This document shows positions 41,040-52,976 of a stretch of DNA of 64,000 nt, piece after piece. Position numbers and translations under genes: made by a program. The notes under the pieces were generated by a model that saw only the letters and a list, made by a program, of their open reading frames with translations, ran no database searches and was not told the DNA's origin. The stretch comes from Dudresnaya verticillata (lineage: Eukaryota): contig OZ374557.1 of the NCBI GenBank assembly GCA_977862235.1, positions 1,178,001 to 1,242,000 of the forward strand. Direction: 5' to 3'. Position 1 is the first letter of the stretch. Every line of letters begins with the position of its first letter.

Positions 41040-43538
41040 TTAGATCACCCACTCTGTGGGCGAGCCGCTCAAACCGCTAGTAGCGACGCTGGCAGCCTGA
41101 AACAACGCGAGGACCATACCGCGCTGTTCTTCGGTCCATATCGACACGCTGGGAGCCTTCCCTGAACCGTCTATGACGCTCGATTCTCCGCCTGCTGCCG
41201 TTGCGGATGGGGGTGGCTCTGACACTGGTACCGCCATAATGACCTCACCCTCGTCGTCCGCAACGGGCGCCGCAAGGTCCAAGGGCGCAACCGTGGCTAC
41301 GCCGGTTGGCATCGCACTCGACGCAAGAGGCTCCGTGGGCAACGTCGTAGAGGGAACAGCCGCTTCAGCGGAAGACTCAATCGCCATAGGCGTAGCAATA
41401 GCCGTCCCAGACGAGTTAACCGGTCCCCTGTTGGCGCGCAGAGCATCCTCTTCCGCCATTAAGGCGCTCAATTCAGGAGGAAAGTCACCGACAAAGTCGC
41501 AGGTCTTACGCAAACCGCGCGTGTGATTACCCGGCGTGAAGCGATCGGTCTTGCGATGGCGTTCCGCAATGTTCTTCGTCGTACGACGCTTTGTCCAATG
41601 GTTGAACCAAATCCAATCGCCACAGGCGGAATGAGTACGACTCATCGCGTAATGCGGACGATTCGCCGTACGGCGGTTGTTGGCTAACTGCACGGCAACC
41701 GGGTCGTTCCAATCGATCTCATACGCAATAGTGCGCAGGTCCCAGAACTCCTCGGAATTCCTGGAACCACCAAATATTTCGACCAAGTCGAGGCTACCGA
41801 GATGGACGACCACACGCGGGGGTAGATGATACATAAGGAAGGTGTCATACACCTCCCATAACCAAGCATACGCCACGTTGGCGACCCACTCGGTGTAGAA
41901 CACGATCCAATACCTGGAATACGGGTCGGTCATCAGCTCGGAACCAAGATACGTGACACACGGGTGGAGCTCTGCTGCGAAACCTTCGCATATCTCGAAC
42001 TCACGCCATACAGGCGGCACCTTCACAAAACAGTGAGGTAACTTACTACGCTCAATGCGGTCAACCTGCATGTCCTGGTACGGCACAAACACGCCCTTTC
42101 GGCGACGCGTTTCACATTCCCAACAGATACAACGCTCCCAGAAGAATGTACCCGTCCGATGCAGATAACGAAAATCCGCTTTTAAGCGTACACCTAAGAG
42201 GTAAGCCTCTTGCAAAATGCGAGGCTCGATTGACACGCTCACGTACTTCAGCGACAACGTCCCAAGACGAGCACCATATTCGGTCTCGCCGGCTGTACGG
42301 TATTTCCCTGCATCGAAATTGAAGAGGGGCGGCGTTAACGTCGACCCGGGGTAACGCCTAAAGCGTCGATATACGTCTGAGACGAACTGCGCGTGGACGT
42401 CCGCACGCGATTGTCCCGGTCGCACCCAAAGCCACCCCGCAGGAACCGCACAGCGCAACTTCCACTCTAACGTCCAGACGACGCTAAGGGGCAGGCCCCC
42501 TCGCAAGAAACCGCTAGTAGCGTAATGAGCGACCAATTCTTCCTCTCGCAAAGCCTCATTGTCAAACCAGGGGGCCCGCGCGAAGAAATGCGCGTGATTG
42601 CGAGGATTCTTGTGGTATAGACGCTATGCGCAAAAAGACTCCGTGGTCTACGTGAAAAATAATCGAGAAATACGAATTTCGAAGTGACTCCGTGAATGCG
42701 CACGCCACGATGGCAAACGTATTACAGTGCGCATACTCTACGTGTGCCACGATGGCATTCGCATTACAGCACGCACGCGATACGAAATCGCTGACACCTC
42801 CGGACCAATTCCGAGTGGACTTCGTCATCGCGCGCGCCACGATGGCATTCGGATTACAGTGCGCACCCGAGATGAAATCGCTGACACCTTCGTGAGCTTC
42901 CCGTTGTTTCCTGCGCGTAACGGCACCCCGGCCCACGACGCGCGTGCACCTCCGTATGCATCGCTGGCGCACTTCGTAACCGCCACCATACGTGAGACGA
43001 CCGTTCGTTGGTACCGAGGCCGTTACGAATCATTCGAGTACGAACCGTCTTCCGCGTTGACGTGCATTCATGCTCACATACTATCACTTAGCCAGTCATC
43101 GGGCACAACCTCCGAGGGTTTCCGGTAAGCGACTAGCGCCCGGACCTCGGAGTCTTCGGTAAACGCCTGTTTCTTCGAGTTCGGTGTCTTCGTCTTCGTG
43201 ACCGCGGATACGGTCGAGCCTCGCTTTCGGTAGCCTTGCGCACCCGGAGTCATCCCCGGTGATCGATCGCTCGAGTTCTCCCTTCCGCACACCAATACGT
43301 TGACACCGTGGTCCTTCGTGTTGGTCGCTCCGCTCTACCACGCTACCACCCCTTTTTGTTTCTCCGTTAGGCTACGAGGTCATTCTTTAGGCTCCGAGGC
43401 CATTCCTTACAGTGCGAGACTTCCCCGCGTCACCGTGGACTTCGTTATACCACAATTCTTACCGACAGAGTCGACAGGTGACGCGTACACCGGCGCGACC
43501 GAGGGCGTCGCCACCTGCATGCCATTGAATGTCGGCAT
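41040..43538 (-). CDS. Antisense accessory ORF of element D (about 549 aa after removing the solo LTR); unknown function
   Basis: 503-aa open frame 41040-42551; removing 42611-43454 plus one TSD extends it in frame to MPTFNGMQ at 43538; Ala/Pro/Ser-rich continuation at 40387-40908. Confidence 0.75.
42611..43454 (+). mobile_element. Solo LTR, family B (844 bp)
   Basis: TGTGGTATAG...TTATACCACA; TSD ATTCT at 42606-42610 and 43455-43459. Confidence 0.95.
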
Positions 43539-43984
43539 AACGTCGAAGACGAAAATATGTTCGCGCCGCTGGCGATGAGTACACAAACGTCAAAGACGAC
43601 TCGTATCCTGCGCCACTGGCGAAAGCTCCCCGAAGCGTGCGTCGAAGACGATTAGTGTCCAACGCCACTGGCTAAAACCTTACAACCGCACGTCAACGAC
43701 GATTCAGTTGCTACGCCCCAGGCGATACACAAACAAGAACACCAGCAGGCGAGGGAATCTGAACGACGTCAACGACGGGGATCGAGACGCGCCACAGGCG
43801 ATGATGTCGGCGTAGTGCAAGGGAACGCGGCGCGCAACACGGGCAGGGTTTCGCACGGCACAGCCGAAGTCACAAAATGCACGCGCAGACACACCCAGAC
43901 GAAGCGCGGGAACGGGCAAAGACGAAGGCAAGCAAGCGCCAGCAGATTGAGGGTCGGGCGTGTTCACGTTTTGGAGGGGGGTCG

Positions 43985-44812
43985 TGTGGTGCAAGGGGGG
44001 TGAGCCTGTTTTCCGCTGAAAGCGGAGCGAGAAATACGTCGACCGACGGCTCACTGGGGCGCACGCACACGTTGCGCGCCGCGCGTCATGCGGGCACTGT
44101 ACGGTGATGGGCCGATATGGCGCCCCGGGGTACTGTAACACGGATCTAGATGGGATCCGGATCCGGTACCCAGATTGGCCATCTGGATCGCCTACGCTGT
44201 AATGTACGCGCCTGTAAGGCTATGAGTGTTCGCATTGCTGGCCCGGATCCGGATTGGGATCAGGATTGGACAAGTATTGGATTAGATCAAGGGCGCACGC
44301 TCTACAGTAGGCGCGCGCGCAGGGCTGTAAGGCGCACGCGCCCACGTGTGTGTGTAAGCGCCCACGCAGGGGGTTGCGCGGCAGCCTGTCAGGCGCGCGG
44401 CTGCATACGATGGGTGATCGTTAGGACGCGCCTCGGGACGACACGTGTCCCGAGTTCCCGCACTGCACACCCGCGCCGCCGCCGCCACACCGTCGTGCTA
44501 TACTTAGGAAAGCCGTCCCAGACGTAGCAAAAACGCCCAGGCAAGCCGGCATTGGTCCAGACTTCCCCGTTCCACACGCGCGTACCCTTCTCTACCGCTG
44601 CCCACGGCCTAAGCGTCTACCTCCCGTGCTTCCACGTCCATTATCGTCGCAGACATGCCTCACTTTTATTTTAATTTTTCCCTTTCTTCCGCCCTGGGCG
44701 TTTGCAGTCCGCCCCGGGCGTGTCCTCAGCTCTACCACCTACCGTCTCAAGACGTGCTACCCACCGGCTCCCGAACGGTCCGGAGGTGCCCGTCAGCGAC
44801 GTTTGCACCACA
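43985..44812 (+). repeat. 3' LTR of D (828 bp)
   Basis: TGTGGTGCAA...TTGCACCACA, directly after the PPT. Confidence 0.95.
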
Positions 44813-45073
44813 GGGCACGCTAGGGTCACCCGTTGGAATCTTTTTGCGATTTATAGTTGCGAACTTTCCCTTCAGGCTGTCTATTGATCTGTGTTCATCG
44901 TGGAAACCCATCTCATGACCCTTACCAGCCACATCAGACAACTCCTTAAACAGGAAATTGGTCTTTTTGATACAAGCGAGGAGGTTTTGGACTTCTTTCT
45001 GAGTAAATCCTGTACCTCTGGTGGTACCAGCAGTTGTTTTGCGATAAGAACGGCCACGAGGGCGAGGATCCAA
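44813..45073 (-). pseudogene. Myb/SANT-like domain gene fragment cut by element D
   Basis: GFTQKEVQNLLACIK...RSIDSLKGKFATINRKKIPTGDP resembles DUF6818-like Myb proteins. Confidence 0.55.
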
Positions 45074-45145
45074 AGCCGGCGGTTTGGGGAACTTCCGCCG
45101 TAGCTGTGGCCTTGGACGGAAGGCGGTTGTGAAAGCGGTAGATTT

Positions 45146-46004
45146 TGTGGTGCAAGGGGGGCTGCCCCTTTTTCGCTGTGAGCGTATTATATGCCAACAT
45201 CTACCGCCGGCACGTCAACCGCCGTTGGCGCGCAAACACGTCATGGACGATTGGCCCACGGGCATACGGCCGCCGTTACCCCGCGCGGCGCGGCGCACGC
45301 GCACACTGTACGGCCAGATCCGGATGCATCATCCCGATCGGCCACGCGCAAGGTGCACGCCTGTAAGCTTGGCCCGGACCCGGATCGGATCCGGATGGGA
45401 CATCGGGATCCGGCATCGGGATCCACAGTGATGTAAGGAGCGCGCCTGTAATGGCCGCGCGCCAGCAATGCTGGCGGGGATCTAGATCCGAATCCGGATC
45501 ACCCGCACTGCTACACGCGTACGCCTGTAAGTCACCCATTACTCGCACGCACACCTGTAGGCTACTCCTGAGCTCCCGCGCACGCCGCTGCATGGCGACG
45601 ACGTGTCAGACACTCGACGGCGCGACACGCGTCCTGAGTTCCCGCGCACCGCGCCCGCCGCCGTCGCTCACGTAGTATATTAGGTAATCCGTCTGAGACG
45701 CTGAGTAAACCCCGGACAAGCCGGCCTTGGTCCAGACTTCCCCGTTCCGCACGCGCGTACCCTACCGCTGCCTACGGCTCAAGCGTCTACCTCCCGTGCT
45801 TCCACGTCTATCACCGTACTTGACGTTTTCCTTTCTGTTCACTTTTCCCTTCCTTTCCGCCTCGGGCGTCTACAGTCCGCCCAAGGCGTGTCCTCTGCTC
45901 TACCACAAGTCGCCCAAGGCGAGGCTACTCACCGCCACGGGCGCAGCTACCCACCAAGCCCCGAACTGCTCGGCGGTATACCATCTTCAGACGTTTGCAC
46001 CACA
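45146..46004 (+). mobile_element. Solo LTR, element A subfamily (859 bp)
   Basis: TGTGGTGCAA...TTGCACCACA; TSD GATTT at 45141-45145 and 46005-46009. Confidence 0.95.
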
Positions 46005-47932
46005 GATTTGGGACATAATACGGGGCGCCTTCAATGATCCTTGCACTGCGGAGCCTCGTTGAAGGTTCGTCAGGACCAAACGGCTGGGAAGGAGCTGGCA
46101 GTGGCGGAATAGTGATAGTAAAAGCTACGGGAGCACTTCCAGGCGCGGGCGGTATGATGGGAACGAGTACTTGTGGTGGGCAGGAAGCAGGGGAGAGATC
46201 CAAACGGTCGGCGGGTCGTCGAGTGGAGCCTCGTTTGTGATAGTGTTTGTCCGTGGGCTGAGAGTTGTTGCGCGGTTTGAGCGTCTTAAACCCGTTCTCG
46301 ACGTTCATTGATAATGTCAGCTCTGACTTGTTTCCGCGCCTTCCCGCTTCCGTAGGAAGCGCGCGGAAGCCGGCTTTCATCTTGCTCCAGATTCGGTTTC
46401 GCTTTTGGCTGTTGCTCTTGCCGCGAATGTGGCTCATGGTTACACGTTTGCCGCGTAAGTAGGTCGTTTGATCACCTGGAGCTGGTGTTCTGGCGATGGG
46501 AGGTCCCAACTAGGGCGGGCGATTTGGTCGTTCACTTTTTAGTCAAAGTGGATGATTCGAGCTGTACCATTTTGGTTCTTGTGATTTCAGGCGTTGCCCA
46601 ATATCTCTCAAAACGAACTGAATGTCACCCGAATTTTGTGAAGCTTCCGTGAACTGTTGGACCGATTTCTCCTTCGATTGGTCGACCTCAGTTTTGTACC
46701 AGCTTTAGCGCTCCAAATGTTTCTATGTGGCAGCTGAAAGGAACATGATTGGAGCTGTCTAACACGCCCGGTTTGAATGAGGCTGCTTCAGAGGCCACCT
46801 GTTGATGCATCATCTGAAGGAAGCAATACAAATAAGACCCTTCTGGTGCTATCTTTTAACAGCAGGAAAACGGCCGCGCGGGCTAACCCAGCGTTTCATC
46901 GGCAAGGTTAGAATTACACGCTCCTGCTCCCCCGAAAGTGGTATCTTACAGTAGTACTGTATGTATCCACAGGGGCCGGACCGGTCATGCCCCTCAGCGG
47001 CCGTACGAGCGATACGGCCCACCACAACGCAAGGAGGATGTCGTCCGTAGCCGGTCGACACGCGCGCGCGGCGTGCGGCGTGAGAGTGGTCTACAATCAC
47101 CGCTCTGCGGGCACGGCGCGCAGGGTCGCGGAACGCGGGGCAAGGGGCGCGAGCGGGGCGTGAGCGGAGCGCGAGCGGAGCGAAGCGGGGCGCGAGCGGG
47201 GCGTGAGCGGAGCGCGAGCGGAGCGAAGCGAGGCGCGAGCGGAGCGAGCGGGTCAGAGAGGTGGGCGAGGTTTATCGAAGCAAGGGAAGAGGGCTACGGC
47301 AGACCACCGCGGCTGACGCAACGGACGTTCTCGTCAACGCTGCTTACTCTTCTACTTCGATCGTGCTCTCGAGGAGCGGCGGTGGTCTGCAGTGGTCAGC
47401 GGGGCTTGAAGTAGCCCAACCAGTTGCAGTCGGACGCGCGCGTCGCGCGCGGACGGCGCGTTGGTCGCCGACGGCGGGAGCACTGTAAGGTATCTTACAG
47501 TGCGACTCTGCGACACAGATGGGTCCAAATCGACACTCCCCCCTGTCGCAGAACGGTCGTCGGCGATGCGCGCATATCTATTGTCTTTCGACCGAAAATA
47601 TTTTATTACCGCGGATGAAGAACACGACTGGCACCTAACTGTCTCCGGACATCGTGGCATGCCGGGACTCCCATATCGGGCTTGAAGCGAAACGAGCCTG
47701 CGTCAAAACGGCTTCAAGACGATGCTGGAGAGCCGATGCGAAAGTTGCGTTACGGAGCTCTGGGCGTGCTCCAACGCGCTGCTGTGCTGTGGGCTCTCTT
47801 CACACCTGCGCCGTCGTCGCGGCTGCTGTGCTGTGGGCTCTCTTCACACCTTCGCCGTCGTCGCGTCCTCGCTTGCCTCGACCCCAACGCCCAGTTTGGG
47901 TTCTTCCCCGTAGCTTTGTTTCTTTTCCTGCA

Positions 47933-49100
47933 ATGACGGACCAGACCCCTACGGACGAGGGTAGAGTGCCAGCGCAGCTTTCCTTTGCTACGCTCACAGA
48001 ACGCTCGTCGGATGAGGTACTTTTGGCATCCGCCGATGCACTCAAGGCTATCATCCGAGACACACCAGACCGCCTGAAGCCCTCCGTTCTTACAACATCA
48101 TGAACAGCCCTCATGGGGGCCGTGTTAAAGATAAGGGACGCTCTGGTTTCGGAGAGTTGCTCTCCGTCTACTACAGATGCAAACGCAGATAAGCAAGCCC
48201 TGGCTGAGCTGCTCGTGCTTTCCGTCCCGCAAGTCCGAGAGAGACCTACTTCAGACCTTCCAGGGTTAGCCAACCTAATGTTGAGCGCGCTGCGCTATGA
48301 TAACACCCTAGACCCACAGACGTTTGACAAGGACGACCCAAAGGATGTTGTGAGTACAGTACTTTCTTGGAAACTTCGTGCTACAGAAGAGAATCTAGCT
48401 GAAGCAGAGAAGGCTACTGAAGCCATTGATAAGGATGCTCCGCAATTCCCCCCACGTATGGTCAGAGAACACCCACCCATCTCCTTTGCTGCAGGTGCCC
48501 CGGCAGCTGAAGTCACCGAACCCTTTCATAAACGGCTAAGGTTTAGCATGCCTGGTGAAGATGGACTTCTGGAATCCGAAACCCCGACACGGGTTTTCGT
48601 TCCCGCGTCGGATCGGCGCTTGTGTTACCGAGCCAGTTGGGGCTGTATCCGGGCGCGGCGGTGTCGATACCCACATTGAGAATGTCAGAGAGACTGGGAC
48701 CTTCTATTCTCTCCGCGCTGGTACAGGAAGGCATCAATATCGAGTTGACAGTCCGCAACAGGCGATGGAGCAGGCGCCAACCCAACGAAGCGGGAGCAGC
48801 GGAATGCGAGGCAGTCACTCTCGCGCGAATGTTACACTTGAACATTTTAGCCCATCAATGAATGTGCTCAGCCATTCAAACCTGCCCGTGGATGGAAGTG
48901 GCCTTACGACGACTTTGGGCACTACTGTACGTGGAAAGGCGCCCGAAAGTGTCCCGATCGGCCTCATGAGGCGTGGCTCGTACAGTTCTAGAGGTTCATC
49001 TCGATAAAAGAATCCGTATACCGAGTCTAGACAGTCTTTTAGCGAGAGAAGCAACCCTGCAGGTGAAGGAGAGGACTGCCCTTCAGAAGTTAGAGCAGCA
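47933..49100 (+). pseudogene. Gag-like ORF1 of the YR element
   Basis: MTDQTPT... with a stop at 48101 and a frameshift near 48620; EAVTLARML...EVALRRLWAL helical motif; assigned mainly by position. Confidence 0.55.
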
Positions 49101-49400
49101 CCCCGAGAATGCAAACTTCAAAAATGGCCGTGGAAAGAAAGGGAAGGAGTAGCGACGAGTCGAGAGCGCACCTTCCCCCTTCGACTTCAGCACACTTCAG
49201 ACCCTCCTCCGCCTAATCAACCACATAATTCTCGTCCAAACCTTCTGCTCCGCACCGCTTCGCGCTCTCTCAACTTTTTATATGGCGGGCCTGCTCTCCA
49301 GGACGTCACTCCGAATACTCTCCATGGCCGTGGCAACCCTTCCATCAGTCGAGCATTAGCCTCAATTGAATCTCGAATTGCCGAGACTGACACGACTCTC

Positions 49401-51515
49401 ATGGGCCCATGGGCCGCAGAGAGGTCTTTGCCACCTGATCCGAAGGTAGATTACAAGGGTATATCAGACTGGTTCATAGTGTCCGCGGTAGCTGTGCTGA
49501 TCGCAGCTGGTTCCGCGCCGCCGGGAGTATTCGACAGAGGGGTTTTCTGCACCATCAACGCCAGAAGGGTGGATATCCCTTCGTGTCCTGCTGGCGTAAC
49601 ACCAAATCGGCTGTTCGCTTCAGGCCCATGCCTCAGTCCCGAGCCCCCATGGATTCGCCGCATGCCCGCATCAGTGTCAAGGCTATTTCGTCCTGAGGGC
49701 TTCGGAGATTTTGTCAAACCTTTGGCAAGCGCCTTTGGCATACAGTACAGAGGGACTGCCATATGCGCTCACTCGCCGCAAATCCACTGGTCTCGCACCG
49801 TACCTTCTGCTCCCGTCAACTTTCCTCCGGCACGTGTACATGCGATACCCGGTCACTTCGAGCTTGTGCTTGGCCGTGCGCAGCTATCGGGAATGCTTGA
49901 ATGGTCCCTACTTCAAGATGAGACTGTAGCCTACAGGCACTTGGCGGACCAGCTGACTATGACCTCTTTCGCAGTGGCAAAGGATATGGAAAGGGATAGG
50001 TTGATTAGCTGGCCTCGCGTCCAGAACGCTTTGCTTCAAGACACTCCCCAGGTTGACCTCCCCGATCCTTCGCTTTTTGACAACATCAGACTACATCAGG
50101 GTATGAAGGTCGGCTCCTTTTACTTTGACGTATCCAACATGTTTCACAATTTGCGTCTCCCGTCATGCTTGGTCCAACTTTTTCCGTTGCGCACCGTGAC
50201 CTTTTCACGTCTACCCCAGGAGTTACGCTCAGCTCTCCAGGCTCGATTCAACCACCGCCTGCGGCTCGACGACCGGATTCGCCCGCTACAGGCAACACTC
50301 CCAATGGGATTTAAGTGGGCAGTATTTCTCGCACACAGTTTCGCTCAGCAACTGGTGCAAGAAGGTTGGCAGGTTTTCAGACGACTTGCTCCAAACATCC
50401 CTTCGCTTCAACTAGGAGAGATGCACCCCATCTCCCGGGACAAGGGGATAGTCTTCGTCCAGCCCGGTGATGCGTTACTTTGCCATATAATTGACGATGT
50501 TAACTTATTTGCATACAGTTGGCCGGATCTCGCGATAAGCATGTTGCACCGAATATTTGAGAAATGCTTCCGTGACGCCTTCCTACCCATCAAAAGAAGC
50601 AAGTCTTCGCAACCGGGAAGTATCGAGAGCAATCTTGTGAGAGCTCTCCGGTGGGAATGGGATCTGCAGAAAGGGGTCATACGACCGCGCACATGTGCAG
50701 TTCAACATGCTCTGCATGAAGCCCTGCCGCTCCTCGCAACAAATGCTCCTAATCCTGACCATCTGAAGCACGTCTTAGGGAAGTTTATCTGGATCGCGCT
50801 CGGATCTCGCCCTTCGCTGTCGATTTTCTCGCACGTCTTTCGCCTTGTAGACGCTTCGCGCCCTCGCTGTGATGACTACAGGGCGTTCAAAGCTGCAAGG
50901 AAGGAACTCAGTCTTTTCGCTGCAGTCACGCCGTTCATTCGTGTCGACTTAACACGCGAGTACTGGTACACAGTACTGGCAACGGATGATTCGGAGTGTG
51001 CTGGAGCTGCTGTATATGCACAAGCAAACGTCCAGGAGCTTCGCCACATTGAGAGTGCCTTTCGAAATTGCGTCGTGTCTCAATTCAGAGAAAATCAGTC
51101 GTCACCGACACTACCAGGAACAAACTCCCAGTCTCGCCGTTCGAACGGAATTACTTACACCGACCATATCGCTCGCTTCGTCAAGGCACGGAGGTGGCGC
51201 ACAGCTTTCATTCACCGTTGGCGTTATCCCGAGCACATTAATGCATTGGAAGCTAAGGCGATTGTGATGGCCGTGGAGTGGGCCTGCTCTTTCAAGATAA
51301 CCGGGCGACGCATTCTTCTTCTGACGGATTCAATGGTGGCACTCGGTGCCTTTTCCAAAGGTCGCTCGTCGTCACCCCGGCTATGCCTTCCCTGTCGGAG
51401 GGTTGCAGCGCTCTCCATAGCACACGATTTGCAGGTGACATTCTGCCACGTCCCAACCTCACTCAACCCAGCCGACGGCCCCTCGCGCCCCCAACAGGCA
51501 GGGCAACCGTCCTAG
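49401..51515 (+). CDS. Reverse transcriptase-RNase H of the YR element (704-aa open frame)
   Basis: FDVSNMFHNL, LPMGFKWA, HIIDDV; RH LATDDS, HINALEA, LLTDSMV, GRSSS, NPADGPSR. Confidence 0.9.
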   Translation: MGPWAAERSLPPDPKVDYKGISDWFIVSAVAVLIAAGSAPPGVFDRGVFCTINARRVDIPSCPAGVTPNRLFASGPCLSPEPPWIRRMPASVSRLFRPEGFGDFVKPLASAFGIQYRGTAICAHSPQIHWSRTVPSAPVNFPPARVHAIPGHFELVLGRAQLSGMLEWSLLQDETVAYRHLADQLTMTSFAVAKDMERDRLISWPRVQNALLQDTPQVDLPDPSLFDNIRLHQGMKVGSFYFDVSNMFHNLRLPSCLVQLFPLRTVTFSRLPQELRSALQARFNHRLRLDDRIRPLQATLPMGFKWAVFLAHSFAQQLVQEGWQVFRRLAPNIPSLQLGEMHPISRDKGIVFVQPGDALLCHIIDDVNLFAYSWPDLAISMLHRIFEKCFRDAFLPIKRSKSSQPGSIESNLVRALRWEWDLQKGVIRPRTCAVQHALHEALPLLATNAPNPDHLKHVLGKFIWIALGSRPSLSIFSHVFRLVDASRPRCDDYRAFKAARKELSLFAAVTPFIRVDLTREYWYTVLATDDSECAGAAVYAQANVQELRHIESAFRNCVVSQFRENQSSPTLPGTNSQSRRSNGITYTDHIARFVKARRWRTAFIHRWRYPEHINALEAKAIVMAVEWACSFKITGRRILLLTDSMVALGAFSKGRSSSPRLCLPCRRVAALSIAHDLQVTFCHVPTSLNPADGPSRPQQAGQPS

Positions 51516-51899
51516 CACCGCTCATGAAATACAGCTCCCCGCCCCACCCTCGCGTGATAAGCGGGTGTGCCGCTGTGCGCAGCAGACAGCCTCATAGTCA
51601 TCACGGTGGCGCAGAGCTAAGCCCGGCAGCTGCAATTTTCTACCAAATGCGTCGTGAACGCAGCCGCAACTTCCGAAGAGAACTGCCTTCCGTGCGGTAC
51701 GACCAGTCGTGCCCTCAACTGCACTTGAGCCCGTCTGCAAGGCTTGTGTCGGCCATTAGGAAGCCCTCCCGAGGAAGACGCGGAATGATGCAGGCGCCGG
51801 CAGTGGCCGAGATTAGGACGGCTGTCGATGTACATGCGCATGCGCATATCGGCCCCGACCTGCAGGTCGGGAACAACCACGGGCATTCAAAGCGGTTGC

Positions 51900-52976
51900 C
51901 CAGTCGACGTTCGAGTTCGGTATACTTGAGGGCAGGGCAATCCCACCGCGTGCCTGACATACCGCAACCTCTCAGGCCTCGGCATAGCTTGCAAGCATTG
52001 TTTCGCCAACTTCCGCTTTTAGGATTCACTATCAAGAGCAGCACCTTGCGCGTTTATAGTGATGCGCTAAACGAATTCCTCGCCAAGACAGACTGTCCGG
52101 ACATCAGCAGGTGCTCAGATGCGGAGCTTCACTGCCGCATTGCTGGTCATATACAATACCAGTATGACCACCTACCTTCCGCCGGGCAGCGTCAGAAGAT
52201 GGTTAACCTCATCGCTGCCCTAGGGCTCCTGCGTCCTAGCACAAGAGAGGGTCTCAGACACTCGCGTCGTTGTCTTCAGGGCTGGAATCGAAAAGTGCCG
52301 AGAAAATCGGCAGTGCCGCTTACAAAAAGAGCTAATGATGGCCTTTGTCGCTTTTTTCTTATGCAAGGGAAAAGCTGATGTTGCTATTGCGTTAGCTGTC
52401 TCGTGGAGTGCATATTTACGCGCATCAGAGGTGCTGAAGCTTACTGTGCGATATATTGCGCTCCCTGGGGACCCACGATTGATGGGCACGTGCCGGTCGC
52501 TTGGAGGAATCAATGTCACCGATGCCAAGACAGGTCCGAGGCAGTTCGCGCCGGTTCGTTGTCCTGAAGTCCTAACACTGCTATGCTCTTATCTCAAGAC
52601 TTTCTCTCAACAAACATGACAAAGGCTCTTCGACCTGAAGTACGATGAATACCTTAATGCGATCAAGAGGGCGGCTTCCTTTTATGGTCTGGATCGTTTT
52701 CGCTTCCTAACCCACTCCGCACGTATTGGAGGCGCCCTTCATGACTATTGTAATGGCGTGTCGGCCGAGACCATTTCGATCAACGGCCGGTGGGCCAGTC
52801 TGGCTTCACTTCGGTACTACCTGACAAATGGGCGAGCCTGGTTGCTCTCTCTGTCTCTATCATCAGAAAGCCAGACATTGATATCTTCAGCTTCTCGGTA
52901 TTCTCAACGTCTGGTTCGAGACCTGGATGAAAAGCGCAAGACAGAACTGCATTCCTGCACAATGGATATGGGCTAA
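51900..52976 (+). pseudogene. Tyrosine recombinase (frameshift near 52330, in-frame TGA at 52617)
   Basis: AYLRASEVL (R), DAKTG (K), THSARIGGA (HxxR), GRWASLASLRYY (W...Y), read through the TGA by hand. Confidence 0.9.

Larger units (their letters stand above)
30926..44812 (+). mobile_element. Ty3/Gypsy chromodomain element D (family of A), near full length, decayed
   Basis: Two matching LTRs, PBS 31549-31562, PPT GGAGGGGGG 43973-43981, all domains in Gypsy order. Confidence 0.96.

Noticed and set aside
157..46509. Many short Arg/Ala/Pro-rich ORFs in the track
   Set aside because: Shadow frames of GC-rich TE and LTR sequence with no motifs
49401..52976. Bacterial retron, DGR or phage-integrase system
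   Set aside because: RT is fused to a DIRS-type RNase H and followed by YR in a eukaryotic TE context; no TR/VR or msr-msd seen
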